Position numbers and translations under genes: made by a program. The notes under the pieces are model-generated. The model was not told the DNA's origin. It was given only the letters and a program-made list of their open reading frames with translations, and did not search any database. A stretch of 64,000 nucleotides of DNA from Candidatus Kerfeldbacteria bacterium (GTDB taxonomy: Bacteria; Patescibacteriota; Patescibacteriia; SBBC01; CAIJZX01), in NCBI GenBank assembly GCA_903825245.1, contig CAIJZX010000031.1, positions 14,413 through 78,412 on the forward strand, read 5' to 3'. Numbering within the stretch: position 1 is the stretch's first letter; the number at the start of each line of letters is the position of its first letter. Positions 10,409 through 19,087 of the stretch are shown one piece after another.

Positions 10409-10816
10409 CTACTCGTCGATATCTTCGACGTCGACGTCTTCCTTGACCAACTTATCGCTTCCGGCCGCGGTTTTTCCTTTCGCCGTGCGATGGCCGAGCA
10501 TAATCATGTTGTCAGCCACAATCTCGGTCGCTGAGCGTTTCGCGCCATCCTTCGCGACGTACGAACGATTGCGTAGTCGGCCTTCAACATAGACCTTGCT
10601 ACCCTTCTTGACGTATTGCTGGACGATGTCGCCGAGCTTGCCCCAGGCGATGATATTGTGGAAGTCGACGGCTTCCTTTTTTGCTTTCGTCTTCGCATCC
10701 TGCCAGGCGTAATTCGTCGCCAGGCTAAAGCGCGTGATGTGCGCGCCGGTGCGTAAACTTCGCGATTCTGGTTCGCGAACCATATTCCCAATAAGGGTGA
10801 CCTTGTTCAAGTCCAT
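10409..10816 (-). CDS. ssb: single-stranded DNA-binding protein
   Basis: MDLNKVTLIGNMVREPE...RFSLATN OB-fold N-terminus and an acidic DVDVEDIDE C-terminal tail. Confidence 0.9.
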   Translation of the reverse strand: MDLNKVTLIGNMVREPESRSLRTGAHITRFSLATNYAWQDAKTKAKKEAVDFHNIIAWGKLGDIVQQYVKKGSKVYVEGRLRNRSYVAKDGAKRSATEIVADNMIMLGHRTAKGKTAAGSDKLVKEDVDVEDIDE

Positions 10817-10965
10817 ACCTCGGTCCTTTCTGCTCTCGCGTTAAAAAACGCCGAGAGTGCTAGCCGCGTTGTACAACGCGGTACCAAGCCGACATCTGTG
10901 CCCATCTCACGCGACAAGCGATCGCGGGATGAACAAGGGTGTTCGTGAAATCTTGTTCTTATTAT

Positions 10966-11217
10966 TTATCGAAAAGACGTCCAAGGAATAACCTGAATAA
11001 GAATTGACAGTACTACCCATACACTACCAACAACCGCTACTGTGATTTTCTTTTTTAAATAAAATACTATTGTCGCAAGCACCTGCACTACAATCAACGA
11101 CCATCCTAAAATGACTGTTGTACGATCATTTAATCGTACAAAACTCAACACCACGAGTAACACGAGATTGCTTATAAGAAATGCGGTAATGCTTAGAATG
11201 AGTTCTTGTTTTTTCAT
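10966..11217 (-). CDS. small hypothetical membrane protein (two TM helices), AT-rich codon usage
   Basis: 83 aa, hydrophobic; GC content noticeably below neighbouring genes. Confidence 0.45.
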   Translation of the reverse strand: MKKQELILSITAFLISNLVLLVVLSFVRLNDRTTVILGWSLIVVQVLATIVFYLKKKITVAVVGSVWVVLSILIQVIPWTSFR

Positions 11218-11289
11218 ATATGATTGCTAATGATGAATAAATAAAGAAAATATGGTGGGAACATGATAGAACATCATGTTCCCACCAGT

Positions 11290-11766
11290 TTAGCACTTAC
11301 AACCCCAGGAGAGATACTGGTACGATCCGCAGAAAACACCATTTCCCCACATGTTCACCCAATACAGATTGCCGATGATATGGCTGCACGAGCACTTGTA
11401 GGAACAATCCGCGGCGACCATGAACTTCGGCGGACCCTGTTCCGTCAACTGCAGCGCAATCGATCCGACGGGCGAATTGACCACCGCACCGTTACGACCA
11501 TCCCAGGCTACCAGCAGGAAGTTCCCGTCGGGGACTTCCATGGCGAACACACCCTGTGCATCGGTCGGCATGATCCTCGCCTGACCTTCGATCGTCACAT
11601 GCGTGACCGGGTTGTAGGGCACAGCGATGACGACCGCACTTGCCAATCGATTGTTCAACGTAACCGTACCCGACAGACGTGCCGCCTGACCAGGCATAGC
11701 ACCAAGGACCATCGCGACCATCGCCATCATGGCCGCCAGCGAAACAACCATCGTGAAACGCCTCAT
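11290..11766 (-). CDS. secreted protein with a carboxypeptidase-regulatory-like beta-sandwich domain and a Cys-rich C-terminal tail
   Basis: Start moved to MRRFTMVVSLAAMMAMVAM (signal peptide) preceded by AAGGAG; C-terminus CSYKCSCS...CGSYQYLSWGCKC; preferred over the overlapping + strand ORF. Confidence 0.5.
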   Translation of the reverse strand: MRRFTMVVSLAAMMAMVAMVLGAMPGQAARLSGTVTLNNRLASAVVIAVPYNPVTHVTIEGQARIMPTDAQGVFAMEVPDGNFLLVAWDGRNGAVVNSPVGSIALQLTEQGPPKFMVAADCSYKCSCSHIIGNLYWVNMWGNGVFCGSYQYLSWGCKC

Positions 11767-11969
11767 GTGAAGCTCCTTTTGCGGCTGATAAGCCGCGGGT
11801 TGATGTACTGCGGTGGACAACGTGACAGCCATGAAAATTCCTGATGGCCTCACCTCCTCAAGTTGTAATGAGCAACACCAAACACGCCTACGTCAGAGGG
11901 CATTGTTTATAACAAACGCCAGCGGCGCGAGCAACCGAACTCGTGTTCGATTGACCAAGCCACTGGCAA

Positions 11970-12290
11970 TTACTCCTTCAAGTGTACACCGCTCTTTTTT
12001 TCTGTCAAGAGTTTTTTACGTTTTGGTTCGTAGTAGAAAAAATACCATAGACCAACGACTAGTAATATTACATAAATGACTAGCCCTATTGTTGAATACA
12101 ACAGGGTAAAAACAAAGTATATCGGCCAAACGAGCAGATCCCACCCGAACCACGAAATACATGCGCCGACTGTATGTGGATTTGGTTTCGCGCCGCAACC
12201 AAGTCGAGCAAATACAATTCCACCAATACCATAAGCAAAGAACGTTAATAGAACTATATTCAGCCACGATGATCGTACTAATTTTCTCAT
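11970..12290 (-). CDS. small hypothetical membrane protein
   Basis: 106 aa with three hydrophobic segments and a K-rich C-terminus. Confidence 0.45.
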   Translation of the reverse strand: MRKLVRSSWLNIVLLTFFAYGIGGIVFARLGCGAKPNPHTVGACISWFGWDLLVWPIYFVFTLLYSTIGLVIYVILLVVGLWYFFYYEPKRKKLLTEKKSGVHLKE

Positions 12291-12739
12291 AAGGTCCCTG
12301 ATGTGTTATTTTGACGGATCCACCGCCGAATCCCTCGCCATACCCGAATGTTCGTCAATTCACGGCACGGTATACTAAGCAACTCTTGATGAGTAAAAAA
12401 CTTTGCTTCGATAATATCTTCATTCAATACTTGCTGTTTTTTCTTACTGGCTAGTTTCGGTCTACCACTTGTGCTTTCTACACAATAATTGATTTGCATC
12501 ACCGGATTCATCCGCCGCCGACGGTAGGAAATGTTGAGCACGCGAACTATTTTTACTTGTAACCCAACCTCCTCTCGGCATTCGCGCTGTACGGTCTGCA
12601 GTAGTGACGTATCTTTTGCCTCAAAAGCGCCTTTAACGATATTCCAATGATAGTCTCTATTGCCATCGGTTTTTTCGCGAATCAGCAAGAGGTGTCCACG
12701 ATGGGAAATGTAAACGCCGATTTTCTTTTGGTAGTGCAT
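12287..12739 (-). CDS. NUDIX hydrolase
   Basis: Nudix box GxxxxxExxxxxxxREvxEExG present as VQRECREEVGL. Confidence 0.8.
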   Translation of the reverse strand: MHYQKKIGVYISHRGHLLLIREKTDGNRDYHWNIVKGAFEAKDTSLLQTVQRECREEVGLQVKIVRVLNISYRRRRMNPVMQINYCVESTSGRPKLASKKKQQVLNEDIIEAKFFTHQELLSIPCRELTNIRVWRGIRRWIRQNNTSGTL

Positions 12740-13360
12740 GATATATTTTAATCAATTTCACTTCTCACATCCTCCCGCCAGCGCGACAGAGACAAATGTT
12801 GGTGGCTTGGCGTGTTGGAATGGAAAGGGCAATCGCCCTGGCGAAAAGGTGCGCGGAGTGAAACGAGTTGTTAAGGAATCATAATTTCCCAACGACCGGA
12901 TGCGACGCGACCCCGGAAACGTGTCGCGGGGTCGGTGGAGTTCGAAGACGATAGCGTTGAAAGTGAGAATCGTCGGGTGAGAAAGCTGAATCGCTTACTC
13001 GAGGGAAAGAAGACCGCGCCGCGAAAGCGCTTTTTTTGCTGATGATGATGTGACCAAGGAAATGTCATACGAAGTTATAATCAAGTTATCCACTTCATGT
13101 GCGACGGCGCTGAATTGCGACGGCGCACTTTTTCTCATCTAGTTTCGGTAAAGTTCGCGGTACTGCGAGAGTTCTTCCGGTGAAATTGTCTTCTATTTTG
13201 CGACGGCGCTAGTTTTTGCGACGGCTTGTTTATGCAGTAAGTTTACGCGTTACCTTCATGTTCGTCAAGAGCGACATTGACATTATCGCTCATCTGCGCT
13301 AGGTTGCTCTCTTGCCCTTTTCACATCCTTCCCACACAAATCCCACTGGAGGACATCTCC

Positions 13361-13870
13361 ATGCAGACGTTACATATGTTGTTCGGCCCTCCGGCGTCAG
13401 GAAAGTCAACGCTGGCGCGGATACTGGTTGAGCGCGATAGTGTCCTCGTCTGCCCTGACGAATTTCGGGTGCAGTACCCCGAGTGGAGTGCGAACGATCA
13501 GTCGCTTTTCTACCACATCCACCGATGCGTTCGAGAAGAACTGTCAGCCGGACACGACGTCGTGTATGACGCGTTGAACACCTACCCGCAGTGGCGTCGC
13601 CCAATCATCGCCGCCGGGTACTACGCCCATAGCATGGTGATTGGCGTCCATCTGGACACACCTTTGGCCATCTGCCTCGAACGCCACCGCAACCGCGAGA
13701 AGAACATTAGTCAGCAGACGCTCACGGACGAAGTGATTACTCGATACTGGGAAGCCTTGCAGCAGTACCCGCCGACGCTGAATGAAGGATTCCACCGGTT
13801 GCTCCGTATTACTCCGGACGACAATCCGTTCGAGGTACTCAACCTCAACCGCCGACCCACGATTTCGTGA
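13361..13870 (+). CDS. P-loop NTPase, AAA_33/polynucleotide-kinase-like ATP-binding protein
   Basis: MLFGPPASGKSTLAR Walker A; start set at the Met preceded by GGAGGA; the longer ORF from 13277 is possible. Confidence 0.65.
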   Translation: MQTLHMLFGPPASGKSTLARILVERDSVLVCPDEFRVQYPEWSANDQSLFYHIHRCVREELSAGHDVVYDALNTYPQWRRPIIAAGYYAHSMVIGVHLDTPLAICLERHRNREKNISQQTLTDEVITRYWEALQQYPPTLNEGFHRLLRITPDDNPFEVLNLNRRPTIS

Positions 13871-13892
13871 GCCGGTTTTTTAATATACCCTC

Positions 13893-13918
13893 CCCCTGTA
13901 CCCAGGGGGAGGGAGGAA
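13893..13918. terminator. GC-rich hairpin ccctccccctg-tacc-cagggggaggg after the P-loop NTPase gene; two further hairpins follow (13917-13936, 14023-14045)
   Basis: Perfect 11-bp stem; no U tract. Confidence 0.45.
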
Positions 13919-14151
13919 GTCCCGCCGTATGGCGGGACGACAGCAGGGGGTGAAAAACCACTCACGAGCCAAGACCACCTCCCGTCGTTCACCCTTCGCT
14001 CCGCTCGGCTTCACTTCCTCCCTCCTCCTCTAACGAGGAGGACAGTAGCTTGACCTTCAGTTTTTCTTTCCTTCGCTTTGCTCAGGACAAGCTCTGCTTT
14101 TTGCCTTAATGTTGACTTCGGTTTTTATTCGGTTTATACTAAAATTACAAT

Positions 14152-14424
14152 ATGCGCCAAGACCCCCTCCCAACTCCCCCACCGACCAAGGTCCACGAAC
14201 CCATTCGCGTAGCCGTTGATTTTGCCGGACCAAAAATCACTCCACTGGCGTTCGTTTGGTCAGGCAAAAAATATGTGGTCGAGAAAGTGAACATCGTCTA
14301 CAAACGGCGCGATGGGGCGCGGGAGCTGTGGTGCTTTGCTGTTTCGGATAACGCCAATAGCTACGTCCTCCTCTACGATCCAGAGAATTTACGGTGGACG
14401 CTGGAAGAAGTGTACACGTTATGA
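14152..14424 (+). CDS. conserved-looking small hypothetical protein (90 aa) immediately upstream of the Y-family polymerase
   Basis: Clean ORF; beta-rich sequence (VAVDFAGPKITPLAFVWSGKKYVVEKV...ELWCFAVSDNANSYVLLYDPENLRW); same strand as dinB and 80 nt upstream of it. Confidence 0.5.
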   Translation: MRQDPLPTPPPTKVHEPIRVAVDFAGPKITPLAFVWSGKKYVVEKVNIVYKRRDGARELWCFAVSDNANSYVLLYDPENLRWTLEEVYTL

Positions 14425-14504
14425 CTACCACCCCAGGACGCTCCACGTCCTCGCCCCTCCTGAATTCAGGAGGGGCGGCGAGCTCAGCGAGCGGGGTGGT
14501 CAAG

Positions 14505-15773
14505 ATGCCACGAGTAATCTTGCACATCGACATGAATTCGTATTTCGCGACAGTGGAGCAACAAGCCAATCCATTCTTGCGCGGCAAGCCGGTCGGTGTC
14601 GTGGCGACGATGACCCCCAACGGCTGTATTATTGCTTCTTCAATTGAGGCTAAAGCGAAGGGCATTAAAACCGGATTCCGCATTCGTGATGCGCGGGCAA
14701 TCGATCCACGTATCATTCTTATTCCCAACGATGCCGCCAAGTACCGCACGGTCACCGGCGGCATTATGCGCATCCTCAAAACCTATACCGAAGATATCGA
14801 ACTTTACAGTATCGATGAAGCCTTTCTTGATCTCACCGGTTTCGTTCGGTCGTTCGACGACGCGGACGCGATGAGCGAGGAAATTCGCCACCGTATTACC
14901 CGCGAAGTTGGCGAATGGCTGAAGTGTTCGATTGGTGTCGCGCCGACGCGCTGGCTGGCAAAATTCGCCTCTGACACAGCTCCAAAAGGCACTACCCTTG
15001 TTCTCCATACTGGCAATCTTGATCGTCATCTTGACCCATGTCGTTTAACCGATGCTTGGGGCATTGCTCATGCCCTGGAGCGCCGACTCAATCTCCTGAA
15101 CCTGTACTCGCTCGGGGATCTCCGCCGCTATCCAGTGGAAAATTTATTGACGGTCTTCGGCATCCTCGGCTACGAGCTCTGGGCCAACGTCAACGGTATT
15201 GAGTTCACCAGCGTGCAAGGACAACGACTTCCAAAATCCATCGGCCACTCACACGTCTTCGCCAAGAAAGCGACATCACTGGAATACCCCAAAGCCGTCC
15301 TGGCAAAACTGTGCGAAAAAGCCGGACGCCGCCTGCGAGCACTTGATCTTGAGGCGCATGGATTGTGGCTCGGTTATGGCCTGCCCGACCGACTGCGCGG
15401 TTGGCACGAACAACGTGGAGGCGGCGGGGCGATAACACCCCCCTCACCGATTGTCGATACGCGGGACATCTTTACTGCCGCCTGGAACATCCTCACTGGC
15501 GATTTGCCGCGCGGCGCACTGCCAAATTACCTGGCCATGACACTCTTCCGACTCCGACCGCACGTTGATCAACTGGAACTGTGGCCGCGCGGCAAAAAGG
15601 ACGCGCCCGCGCTAGTTGAAGCGCTTGATGCCGTCAACGATAAATACGGCGACTTTACTGTCGCCCGTGGTAGTTTTTGGGGGTTGAATGAGAATGATGT
15701 CCCCGACCGCATCGGCTTCCGAAAAACCGTCGGCGTCGACGCCGATGACATTATCCTCAGCGCTCGTACCTAA
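14505..15773 (+). CDS. dinB: DNA polymerase IV (Y-family translesion polymerase)
   Basis: MPRVILHIDMNSYFATVEQ is the Y-family N-terminal signature; SIDEAFLDL; start set at this Met, since the upstream ORF extension translates the GC palindrome. Confidence 0.88.
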   Translation: MPRVILHIDMNSYFATVEQQANPFLRGKPVGVVATMTPNGCIIASSIEAKAKGIKTGFRIRDARAIDPRIILIPNDAAKYRTVTGGIMRILKTYTEDIELYSIDEAFLDLTGFVRSFDDADAMSEEIRHRITREVGEWLKCSIGVAPTRWLAKFASDTAPKGTTLVLHTGNLDRHLDPCRLTDAWGIAHALERRLNLLNLYSLGDLRRYPVENLLTVFGILGYELWANVNGIEFTSVQGQRLPKSIGHSHVFAKKATSLEYPKAVLAKLCEKAGRRLRALDLEAHGLWLGYGLPDRLRGWHEQRGGGGAITPPSPIVDTRDIFTAAWNILTGDLPRGALPNYLAMTLFRLRPHVDQLELWPRGKKDAPALVEALDAVNDKYGDFTVARGSFWGLNENDVPDRIGFRKTVGVDADDIILSART

Positions 15774-16384
15774 GCCGACGTCGAACGTTGGCGCTTTCGT
15801 TGATACTCCTGCCAATCTTCGTCCTGTTCCATCAGCTTTTCAATGCGCGCCCGCAGGTAATCGGCTTTACTGAACTTCGTATTGTGCGTCTTGAAATGTA
15901 AATACTCTTCAATGGTGTTGGTAATTCGCAGGGTGAATTTTATCCTGGGCACTTCGCGAATAACAACGCCTTCAATTGATTTCAGAAATGCCAACAGCGC
16001 GCTAGCCAGTTTATCGTCATCATAGGCAATGACTTTGACGAATCCTGGTAATTCCCGCTGACTCAGCCGCGAAAATATTTGTGGCACCACGCCACGTCGA
16101 TAGAGATACAACACCGGCTTTTTAAGGGCAATGGCATGTGCGAGAAGAAATCCGACTTCTGGGTCGCTCGTCGAGCCTTCAATAATAAACGCGTCCATCT
16201 GTTCGAGGAGTGGCACATCATTATCGCGGCTTTCGGCCATTACTTCCGCCGACACCTGCACTTCTTCCGACTCTGTATTCGTTGAAACATACAAATCCGT
16301 CTGGGATAACGTATCCTTAATCGACAAGTACGCCTGCTTGGACTCAGGCTGTTTCGTCGGTGGAGCGTAAAAGTAGACGTGCAT
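15770..16384 (-). CDS. hypothetical protein with an N-terminal Rossmann-like (nucleoside 2-deoxyribosyltransferase-like) fold and a C-terminal helical, possibly DNA-binding, region
   Basis: AFIIEGSTSDPEVGFLLAHAIALKKPVLYLY resembles the NDT/TIR-like flavodoxin fold; 4-nt overlap with the upstream asparaginase-like gene. Confidence 0.4.
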   Translation of the reverse strand: MHVYFYAPPTKQPESKQAYLSIKDTLSQTDLYVSTNTESEEVQVSAEVMAESRDNDVPLLEQMDAFIIEGSTSDPEVGFLLAHAIALKKPVLYLYRRGVVPQIFSRLSQRELPGFVKVIAYDDDKLASALLAFLKSIEGVVIREVPRIKFTLRITNTIEEYLHFKTHNTKFSKADYLRARIEKLMEQDEDWQEYQRKRQRSTSA

Positions 16385-16387
16385 AGC

Positions 16388-17389
16388 TTACGATAAGAGT
16401 TTCCGTAATTTCTTTAGGTCACTCGTCTGACCAAGTGCCCACATCGTTTTCAACAGTGCGGCTGAACGTGATAACGCCCGAACCGGACAAACACCGGACA
16501 TTGTACCCGATGAATCGCTGCCGTAAAGAATAACCGGCATCGTTTCCGGAACAACCGCCCGCACCTGGATTACGGCATTTGACAGCGCTTGTGTTGCTTC
16601 CGGGGCAGTGAGAAATACCGCTACCGTACCACGAGGAATGTGCACTAAATGCCGCACATCAACACCCGGCAAATATTCAACGACGTCGATATTCGTAGCA
16701 AAAGATGAAACGATTTTCAGTGCTCGTCCATGACGAGCATCATGGTGACCGAAGAACCGGATACCAAAATCAATTTTTCCAAGGATATCGCCATGAACTG
16801 CAGTCATTGGCCCAACCACCGTATTGCCGCGATAAATGTGGCTACCATAAACAACCACGACGCCGGATATATCCGATACCGCAACTTGAACCGCATTGAT
16901 GAAGCTAGCCTTAGCGCCAAAATCAGCTACCACATTTTTTATTGAACGGCGGCCTGGCGAACGTTCTTCCAAACTGACTAATGCTGACCCACAAAGAACG
17001 ACTGGCTTCCCCAGTGAGGTGAACATCAGGGACAATGCCGTCGCCGCCGCCGGAATCGTTTCCAGCTGATGAACTATCACAAACCCATCGACCTCATCGT
17101 AGAGCTCGCGAATTGCCTCGGCTACCTGCTGCCACTCGGGCACACCAACCGCAGCTATTCCGGAAGCGATAAAAACGCCTTGCGTCTCGGCGATAATGTC
17201 CATTTCTGACATCGCCTTCAGCCACGGCTTGACGTGAGCGGCCTTGGTGACCGTATCGCCTAGACGATTTCGTTCGTCGATAGTCGCGCCGCCCAGGAAG
17301 AGCATTGCCACCGTTTTTCGTGAAGCTGTAGCCATAATTATTGAGCCGTCGTCTATTCCTGCGACGGCGCTAATACAATAGCATATCAT
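16388..17389 (-). CDS. asparaginase-family protein (type I L-asparaginase/GatD-like)
   Basis: N-terminal LFLGGATIDE (compare TGGTIAG) and the two-domain 333-aa architecture typical of asparaginases; the internal Met at 17335 is an alternative start. Confidence 0.55.
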   Translation of the reverse strand: MICYCISAVAGIDDGSIIMATASRKTVAMLFLGGATIDERNRLGDTVTKAAHVKPWLKAMSEMDIIAETQGVFIASGIAAVGVPEWQQVAEAIRELYDEVDGFVIVHQLETIPAAATALSLMFTSLGKPVVLCGSALVSLEERSPGRRSIKNVVADFGAKASFINAVQVAVSDISGVVVVYGSHIYRGNTVVGPMTAVHGDILGKIDFGIRFFGHHDARHGRALKIVSSFATNIDVVEYLPGVDVRHLVHIPRGTVAVFLTAPEATQALSNAVIQVRAVVPETMPVILYGSDSSGTMSGVCPVRALSRSAALLKTMWALGQTSDLKKLRKLLS

Positions 17390-17439
17390 CGCAAAAAAAT
17401 CAAGTCACCTGCATTGACAACCCTAATCAATCGGTCTAT

Positions 17440-17795
17440 CCTTGACGAGTTCTTGTTGTTCTCTAGCAAACCAATGGAGGGTCATCGCTAGACATAGTTC
17501 AGCACCTTACGCGGATGGATACCGTTACCATACTGCACCATGGATAAAGGATTACTCCATGAAATTTCACACGTTCCCCCCGGTAAACAGCCCAGCATTC
17601 GCCCAGTCGTTTATGAATGCGTCTGGGGACAATCACGAAACGTCGGATCGGTTCAACAGTTGTAGCTGTAACACCAGTACAATCCCGGATCGTGAAACCC
17701 CTTGCCCTACGCATCCGCGAGGACCGCAGTCCGAGCCCCGTCGCTACTAGCGACAACGACGCACCCACGACTTCGGCCGCGGGTTTTTTCTGATA
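17440..17795. ncRNA. candidate structured non-coding RNA of unknown class; about 400 bp with no convincing ORF, ending in a + strand intrinsic terminator
   Basis: Both overlapping ORFs translate to low-plausibility proteins; cccacgacttcggccgcgggtttttt at 17764-17789; minus-strand motifs GUAGGGCAAGGGG and AUCCGGGAUU loosely recall the RNase P P4/P5 region; the class is unconfirmed. Confidence 0.3.
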
Positions 17796-17827
17796 CAAAA
17801 ACTGCTCGGTAGTACTCGATATGCACC

Positions 17828-18379
17828 CTAATGCACTGCCGTTGGAAGCGCCTGCCGCGTCAGCCGGGCAATCCAGATGGCGTAGACAAGGGATAACAGA
17901 ATGAGAAAACCAGCCAGGAAAAATATTAACCATGAGTCCATATGCGCTGCCTCACCCAAACCAACCCGAACAACAGCTAAAGCAACATAGGCCATGATCA
18001 GGTTTACTAACACCCCCGTCATGACCAACAGGTGGGCGAGAATAGCACGAATTTTTGTTTGCATCGGCTCCGCTACTGCCCGGAGCGGCAGGCTTGACGG
18101 CAAATTACTGTACTCCGGATGGTGCGATAACCACCACGTCAGTGCCGTCAGAACTATTTGTAACATCGCCGGCAGAAAAACACTCCACCACGTTTTTACA
18201 CTCCAAGCATCAGCCGCGCCATCAACCCCAAAATGGCTGGGAATATTCGCTGGTAAGAGTGGGTAGGCAACCATGAGTAACACCCACGTTAAAACAATCG
18301 TGACACCAGACAAAGTCAGAAACACCGAATTTGGTATACGCCAGCCCTCGTGTATGCGCATGGTGTGAAAAGATTCCAT
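17828..18379 (-). CDS. membrane protein, DUF1648/SdpI-like
   Basis: Four TM helices and a W-rich N-terminal segment, typical of the SdpI-like family. Confidence 0.5.
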   Translation of the reverse strand: MESFHTMRIHEGWRIPNSVFLTLSGVTIVLTWVLLMVAYPLLPANIPSHFGVDGAADAWSVKTWWSVFLPAMLQIVLTALTWWLSHHPEYSNLPSSLPLRAVAEPMQTKIRAILAHLLVMTGVLVNLIMAYVALAVVRVGLGEAAHMDSWLIFFLAGFLILLSLVYAIWIARLTRQALPTAVH

Positions 18380-18430
18380 AGAAATACTAGTGTACCAAAT
18401 CTCCTTACCCCTGACCAGTCTTGAAAAAAT

Positions 18431-18733
18431 TCAACGTGGATTGGCTGCCGCTTCGGCATGCGCTTGCTGTTTTGCCTGATGCTCGAAATTCTGTATACGA
18501 TCAGCTAGTGCATCGAGAGAAAATTCAGGTGGTAACGATTCAGCGAGATTCCGAGCCATAACAATTTCTAACGCAATACGAACTAGGTCTTGCGGAGAAA
18601 TGCTACCATGCGTTATTTTTTTCCAATAGTCTTGAGTCAGTAGGACGTTCGAAATAAGTCCGCCAATGGAAACCTTAAAATTCCAACCGTGGTCGCTAAT
18701 GAGTCCTGGTTTAATAATTATCTCATCGTTCAT
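18431..18733 (-). CDS. hypothetical protein (100 aa)
   Basis: Clean ORF; no recognisable motif. Confidence 0.4.
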   Translation of the reverse strand: MNDEIIIKPGLISDHGWNFKVSIGGLISNVLLTQDYWKKITHGSISPQDLVRIALEIVMARNLAESLPPEFSLDALADRIQNFEHQAKQQAHAEAAANPR

Positions 18734-18803
18734 ACAATTGCACCATACTCCGACCGATACGGTATGTCAAAAAGGGAAGATCAGTGCGTCCTCCCGAGAT
18801 GAG

Positions 18804-19046
18804 TCAGTATTCGTTGGGAATTGATCCTTCAATACGAAGGATATCCCGTGTCAACTCGAAAAACTCTTCAGGCGACTCCCCGGTCGGATACAACAACTCG
18901 CCCGTACCGACACACAGGTGCTCAGGGAAACTATCGGACATCGGACACTGCTCGGTACAAAAGGTACAATGAAGAGCGAAAACATTACTGGCATCACGCG
19001 ACATGACCATCCCTCCGTGGATTGGATAACGCAAAACCCAACTCAT
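18804..19046 (-). CDS. small Cys-containing (zinc-ribbon-like) hypothetical protein
   Basis: HCTFCTEQCP...HLC cysteine cluster; 80 aa. Confidence 0.4.
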   Translation of the reverse strand: MSWVLRYPIHGGMVMSRDASNVFALHCTFCTEQCPMSDSFPEHLCVGTGELLYPTGESPEEFFELTRDILRIEGSIPNEY

Positions 19047-19087
19047 TCTCTACGCTACTCCGAGACCACCCTGCCGTCAAGTTTCTC

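Noticed and set aside
10272-10592. 106-aa plus-strand ORF spanning the ssb 3' end and the conserved element
   Set aside because: Overlaps ssb in antisense and covers the GC hairpin. The composition is R/G/S-rich and not protein-like.
11263-11844. 193-aa plus-strand ORF overlapping 11290..11853
   Set aside because: His/Arg-rich implausible sequence. The minus-strand frame has a signal peptide, an RBS and a recognisable beta-sandwich domain.
12871-13068. 65-aa minus-strand ORF
   Set aside because: Low-complexity R/S/F-rich translation. The region is better explained as non-coding (conserved element plus hairpins).
17400-17827. tmRNA or SRP RNA assignment for the ORF-free gap
   Set aside because: No tRNA-like 3' end with GGUUCGA-type T-loop/CCA and no SRP domain IV GGAAGCAGCC motif was found on either strand. 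The element is reported only as an unassigned RNA candidate.
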